Source: an uncultured Holophagales bacterium
GTDB taxonomy: Bacteria > Acidobacteriota > Thermoanaerobaculia > Multivoradales > UBA5704
Assembly: GCA_963842525.1 (NCBI GenBank)
Contig: CAWJGT010000004.1
Coordinates: 96,001 to 160,000, forward strand
Reading direction: 5' to 3'
DNA length: 64,000 nucleotides
The position numbers and the translations under genes are program-made. Position 1 is the stretch's first letter. Each line of letters opens with the position of its first letter. The notes beneath the pieces were generated by a model. The model had not been told where the DNA came from and ran no database searches. It saw only the letters and a list, made by a program, of their open reading frames with translations. Positions 59,545 to 64,000 of this stretch are shown piece by piece.

Positions 59545-59745
59545 GAGGGTGTCTCGAACGTCTTCGCGCAGCCGAGGGCCCTCACCCCCGTCCCCTCTCC
59601 CGCCACCCCGCCCACCCTCGCCGGGAGAGGGGCGCCACCACCCTTCGATTTTCCCCCTCTCCCGGGGTGGGCGGAAGGGGTGGCGGGAGAGGGGGCCAGG
59701 GGGTGAGGGCTTTCCCGGCGCGCCTCAACCTTTCGAGACACCCTC
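59545..59745. mobile_element. MITE-like element with 14-bp terminal inverted repeats
   Basis: GAGGGTGTCTCGAA...TTCGAGACACCCTC encloses a CCCTCACCCC-family palindrome (about 59578-59710); no transposase. Confidence 0.7.
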
Positions 59746-60070
59746 CTAGCGCCCCCCGCCCGCCTTCCGCGCGATCAGCCCATATCCCAGCGCTTGGGCC
59801 TCCTGCGCGAGGGCGGCGAGCTGCGGGGTGCCGGCTGTGCCTGCGAGCTGCGCCTGGGCGAGCCGCGCCTCGAGCTGCAGGTCGAGCAGGCCGGCCTGGG
59901 TGGCTTGAGCCTGGATGGCCTGGAGCGCCGCTGCGGGATTTTCCGTTCGGCGCAGGCGGGCGGCGGCGAGGTCCACGGTCAGGCGGGCGCGCAGGTTCTG
60001 GCTGTTGCCCACCAGGATGGCGGCGCGGTCGATCGCCGCCCGGTCGATCGCCGCCCGTGCACTGCTGCGG
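59746..60070 (-). pseudogene. 3' remnant of a TPR gene related to the wHTH-TPR C-terminus
   Basis: SQNLRARL...LEARLA...LAQEAQALGYGLIARKA parallels SQNRRSRL...LEAELA...QAAAKGFGQIVRRA in 21196-24127. Confidence 0.6.
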
Positions 60071-60090
60071 AGAGGTGCCCGCCGATTATC

Positions 60091-60220
60091 CGGGTGCTGA
60101 TGGCGTTCGCAGACGGATGTGTCGGGACCTGCGTTTCCGGGCCGCCGAACAGCGATACGCCATCGCGACGATCGCGCGCCAGAGCGGAGGGAAGGAGTTT
60201 CTTCGCGGCGTTCGACTGAG
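60091..60220 (+). repeat. Diverged copy of the 3' end of the BNR gene (56313-56443)
   Basis: Shared blocks CGGGTGCTG...GGCGTTCGC.GA.GGATG...CCGCCGAACAGCGATACG...CTTCGCGGCGTTCGACTGAG. Confidence 0.85.
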
Positions 60221-60542
60221 GACTGGCCTTTGAAGATGCCAGCCGAGTATCCGGCTTCATCTGGGACCGGGCCGGTGCCCTCGTAACCCTCTCCTTCGGG
60301 CGCCGCTATGGCCCTCCTCGCCGCGAGTGGGATTGCTGTGGTGGCGTGGGATAGGAACGCCCGGACCCGGGTAAAGCCGGATAAAGCCCAGAATGAAATT
60401 CGGCCAAGCCTGCGCGACAGACGATTTCCTCCGGCGTAGTGCTGCTCTGCGAGTGTGTGCAATGGCCTACTGCAGGAGGTAAACCGCCTTCGATCCTACC
60501 GCACGGCGGGCGAAAACTTGCCCCGCGTCCGTCTCTTGATTC

Positions 60543-63500
60543 ATGGGAAGGATGCGATGGTACACTATGTCTGCAAGTGTTATCCTGCCAACCGATGACG
60601 GGTGCTTACTACTTTCCTGTCCGATCGACGCATTCGATATGCGTGAGCGCAGGCAACTGTCGCTCTGTGATCCCTTGGCACATCTGAGCCCCCGGTTCGC
60701 GGTCGTGATAGTCGGCGCGAGCATTGTGGCGGTGGTCGCATCGACCCTTGCCCGCCACTCTACAGTGGACCCTAAACATAGAGGATCCGTACGGCAGCGA
60801 TTGCTGGCGGCCTTCGGCGACTCGCGCTTGGTCGGCGTCCGACTGACCGGTCTCGAGCTGCCAGCACCAACAGACCCGCCAGCCACTATCGCCGAGCAAC
60901 GGGCAATCGCTCGCGAGATCGAGGCCAGCGTCCGAGGAAATTCCACGCCACGGGCCCTTGGCGACTTCGGCTTGCTACAGCTCGCGATCGGCCGCTACGA
61001 CACTGCGGTCAGGGTCCTTGAGAGGGCGAGTCGCCGGGCACCCTCTGACGCCCCCCTACGCGCTGACCTTGACGCCGCTTACCTGGTTCGCGGACGAGCC
61101 CTCGAAAGGCCCCGGGATCTAGTGCGCGCCCTCGACCGGATCGGGCCCGAGCCCATCACGCTAGAGTCGGCCTTCAACCGTGCGCTTGCGCTCCAGTCGC
61201 TCTACCTCCATCGGCTCGCGAAGGCTAGCTGGGAGCAGTACCTTCAACGCGATCCCAACTCCCCCTGGAGCCGACTCGCCACGGAATACTTGCGCACGCT
61301 GGTGACCGGTGGGCGCTCGATTGACCATGGCACCGGCGGCCCTAGGGTCACCGGTCGTGAAGACACAGCCGATGCCCCGGTCCAGTCGTCTCGACCTGAG
61401 GATCTCCAAACGTGGATCGAAGAGAAGGGTCTCGGGGCATGGACCTCGGCGGCCCTCGGCGGAGATGAAGCAAGCCGTAGGGCGGCCGAGCAACACCTCC
61501 GTCAGGTAGCCGTGTGGCTGTTAGAACTCAGCGGCGACCGTCTGGCCGCTGACGAAGTCGAAATCCTTGCCACAGCTCCGATGGAGCAGATAGGGCCGCT
61601 GGCTGAGGGTCTACGAGACTACGCCAAGGCGAAGAGTTGGCTTGACCGCTACGACTTTGAGAAGGCACTCACGCTCTTTGGCCGCGCCGCCGAGCGCCTT
61701 CGCTCCACTTCGAGCCCGCGCCTCTGGTGGGCCGAGGCGGGAATCGCTCACAGCGAGTTCCAGATGAAACGCTATAGTGCTGCACGCAGAAGAGCCGAGC
61801 GGGTTCTAACGGTAGCTCGCCGTCAGAGCTATGTCGCCATCGAGGCCCGCTGCGCCTGGGTGCTCGCCGGAATCGGATTGGCTGTTCTCGACCTCGATTC
61901 GGCCCAACGCTACGCGATCGCCTACCACGAGATCAATCGCCGGGCAAGGAACCGCACCGGCACCGCGACGGCCAGCCTCCTGCTAGGGCGCGTCGATGAC
62001 GAACTCGGGGATTCGACGGCGGCTTGGTTTCATCGCCTCCGGGGATTCCGCAACCTAGCCGAGGATGGCAGCGAAGAGCGGCTGGCACTGGCAATCGGAA
62101 ATGCTTCCTTTGCTTTGGCGCGGGAGGGCGAGTTCCATGCAGCTGCCGATTTTGCCTCCGAAGCCCTGGCGTTCGATCGTCAGCAGGGCACGCCGCTCGG
62201 TCTCGCAGAGTCGCTCTGGATGCGGGCGATGCACCGGGCGGAAGGAGGCGATACGAAGGGAGCGCTCGCTGATGTGCGCGAGGCGGAGTCCTATCTACCG
62301 GGTGTCGACAGCGCCGCCAATCGCGCACGCCTGCTCGCCGGGCTGCGTGCGGTCGAAGGTGCGCTGCAGAGCGAGGCCCACCCGCTTGTGGCACTCGCAC
62401 GCCTCGATGGCGCGCTTGGCTTCCTCCGACAAAGCGGTTACGAGTACGGCCAAGTGGAAATCCTTATCGATCGCGCCCGAGCACTGCGCCAGCTCGGGCA
62501 GTTCGAGAATGCGCTGGCTGATCTCGACCGGGCTGCACGCATCATCGCCGCACAGCGAGGACGCATCCGACAACCCATATTGCGAGTGTCGTTCTTCGAT
62601 CTGCAGGCCAAACTGGCCGACGAGCGAGTAGCCGCAAGCCTGCGTTTCGACCCGCGGGGCGAGCGCGCTTTTTGGGCCGCCGACGAAGCACGAGGGCTCC
62701 TCTTCCGCGACAGCCTCGCCCTTGCACCAGCCCGGCAGGCCATCCCGGTTCAGACAACCTCCCGGCTTGCGAGCCAAATCGGCGAGGCCGACGCGATCCT
62801 TTCCTACTGGTCTCTTCCCGACTCACTGCTGATCTGGATCGTGCGCCGCGACGAGCCAGCCAGACTCGTTTGCCGTGCCATCACCAGAGCCCTGCTCAGC
62901 CAACAGATTTCGGACTTCGTTGCCGCGATCGAGGAGGATTCCGAGCCCTCGATGGTTTCGTCTCTCGCGGAACGGCTCGGCGAGGCTCTGATTGCCCCCG
63001 TCGCGACCGAACTCGCAGGCGTTCGGCGCCTGATTGTGGTCCCCGATCGTGTCGTTCGCGCCGTGCCCTGGCCCGCACTCGAGGATGGCTCCGGCGCAGG
63101 TCCACTCCTTCGCCGATTTATCATCCGCATTTGTCCGGCGGCCGGGACGATTGGAGCCGGGGAAAGCGTGCGACGGCACATGGGCGAACCAATTTTCACG
63201 CGCCTGTTGGCAATCGGCGACCCGGAGGTTACCGCACTTGCGAAGGCGACCTACGCCAAGCTGCCGCACGCCCGCCGCGAGGTAGAAGGAATCGCGCGAC
63301 TCTTCGCCGACCATGTGACGCTGACCGGCCGGGAGGCCACCCGTGATCGCCTGCTCGCCGAGCTCGGACAAGCCTCTCTCCTCCATGTCGCAAGCCATTT
63401 CTCCGTGGGTCGGAATCCCGGGTCGGCCCACATCGTGCTGGCTGGTGAAGCAGGAGATGGAGCCGGAAGCCTGGACGCCGAGGCAATCGCGCGCTTGTCG

Positions 63501-63851
63501 CTTTCTCACCTCCGGCTGGCGGTGCTGAGTGGCTGCGCCACCGATCGCGAAAGAGAACCCTCGCTGGAAGGGACCTTCGCCGTCGCAGGCTCCTTCCTCG
63601 CCGCTGGCGCTACTGAAACTGTGGCAACCCTGTGGCCAGTTGACGATCGCATGACTGGCGAGTTCATGACCCACTTCTATCGCGAGCTGCTCGACGGCCA
63701 CGAAACCGACGAGGCTCTCCGGCGCGTCCAACTCGCACTGCTCGAGGGCCGCGAGGGCGCCGCTCGCAAACCGGCCCATTGGGCGGCCTTTCAAGTCGTC
63801 TCACTTCGCTCCCATGGCCGCGGGCTGAGTCTCGAAAGGAAGAAGCAATGA
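60543..63851 (+). CDS. TM - TPR - CHAT (caspase-like protease) protein
   Basis: N-terminal TM, AFNRALAL, TPRs, IVVPD, LPHARREV, LHVASH, VLSGC, TLWPVDD, HWAAF. Start uncertain (ATG 60639 possible). Confidence 0.9.
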   Translation: MGRMRWYTMSASVILPTDDGCLLLSCPIDAFDMRERRQLSLCDPLAHLSPRFAVVIVGASIVAVVASTLARHSTVDPKHRGSVRQRLLAAFGDSRLVGVRLTGLELPAPTDPPATIAEQRAIAREIEASVRGNSTPRALGDFGLLQLAIGRYDTAVRVLERASRRAPSDAPLRADLDAAYLVRGRALERPRDLVRALDRIGPEPITLESAFNRALALQSLYLHRLAKASWEQYLQRDPNSPWSRLATEYLRTLVTGGRSIDHGTGGPRVTGREDTADAPVQSSRPEDLQTWIEEKGLGAWTSAALGGDEASRRAAEQHLRQVAVWLLELSGDRLAADEVEILATAPMEQIGPLAEGLRDYAKAKSWLDRYDFEKALTLFGRAAERLRSTSSPRLWWAEAGIAHSEFQMKRYSAARRRAERVLTVARRQSYVAIEARCAWVLAGIGLAVLDLDSAQRYAIAYHEINRRARNRTGTATASLLLGRVDDELGDSTAAWFHRLRGFRNLAEDGSEERLALAIGNASFALAREGEFHAAADFASEALAFDRQQGTPLGLAESLWMRAMHRAEGGDTKGALADVREAESYLPGVDSAANRARLLAGLRAVEGALQSEAHPLVALARLDGALGFLRQSGYEYGQVEILIDRARALRQLGQFENALADLDRAARIIAAQRGRIRQPILRVSFFDLQAKLADERVAASLRFDPRGERAFWAADEARGLLFRDSLALAPARQAIPVQTTSRLASQIGEADAILSYWSLPDSLLIWIVRRDEPARLVCRAITRALLSQQISDFVAAIEEDSEPSMVSSLAERLGEALIAPVATELAGVRRLIVVPDRVVRAVPWPALEDGSGAGPLLRRFIIRICPAAGTIGAGESVRRHMGEPIFTRLLAIGDPEVTALAKATYAKLPHARREVEGIARLFADHVTLTGREATRDRLLAELGQASLLHVASHFSVGRNPGSAHIVLAGEAGDGAGSLDAEAIARLSLSHLRLAVLSGCATDREREPSLEGTFAVAGSFLAAGATETVATLWPVDDRMTGEFMTHFYRELLDGHETDEALRRVQLALLEGREGAARKPAHWAAFQVVSLRSHGRGLSLERKKQ

Positions 63852-64000
63852 TCAAGGTACTGATCGTGGTTTCGGGCTTAGTGATCTTCGTTCCCGACGC
63901 TCCGCCGAATCCTCAGAGAATGACCGCCTTGCTCGTCGAGACGAAGGACGCACACGGCATGCCGCTTCACGGTATGACACTGCACGTTCCGGCTCTGCGC
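63848..64000 (+). CDS. Hypothetical protein coupled to the CHAT gene (partial)
   Basis: ATGA overlap with the CHAT stop; MIKVLIVVSGLVIFVPD..., open to the window end. Confidence 0.65.
   Translation, partial: MIKVLIVVSGLVIFVPDAPPNPQRMTALLVETKDAHGMPLHGMTLHVPALR

Noticed and set aside
1-64000. tRNA, rRNA, integrase, transposase or reverse transcriptase genes
   Set aside because: None recognised by eye; tRNAscan, Infernal and HMM searches would be needed to exclude them formally.

Overview
GC-rich bacterial chromosomal window. The gene content (wHTH-TPR and CHAT-TPR proteins, DUF5916, secreted proteases) resembles Acidobacteriota, perhaps Thermoanaerobaculia; this is an inference. About 45 genes are present: housekeeping functions (otsAB, RluA-family synthase, MrfA-like helicase fused to an exonuclease, LOG, Cys/Met lyase, hybrid kinase, Dcp), toxin-antitoxin modules, many peptidases and several conflict/signalling proteins. 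No rRNA, tRNA, CRISPR array, transposase, integrase or reverse transcriptase was seen. Best leads: (1) a 2.7-kb islet bounded by a duplicated bidirectional promoter, encoding a small secreted peptide with tandem DAGNxxDPxG repeats next to a zinc-finger/TPR/Fis-HTH protein, a candidate RRNPP-like peptide-signalling system; (2) a DUF4062-NACHT-CLec gene whose 3' end looks like a remote DGR target; (3) short copies of neighbouring-gene fragments at island edges, one encoding an orphan mini Rpn antitoxin; (4) dispersed palindromes, a MITE and 21/42-bp arrays, one palindrome inserted in frame in the helicase; (5) frequent leaderless-type promoters. Six single-base frameshifts may be assembly errors. 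All family calls come from motifs read by eye, with no database searches.
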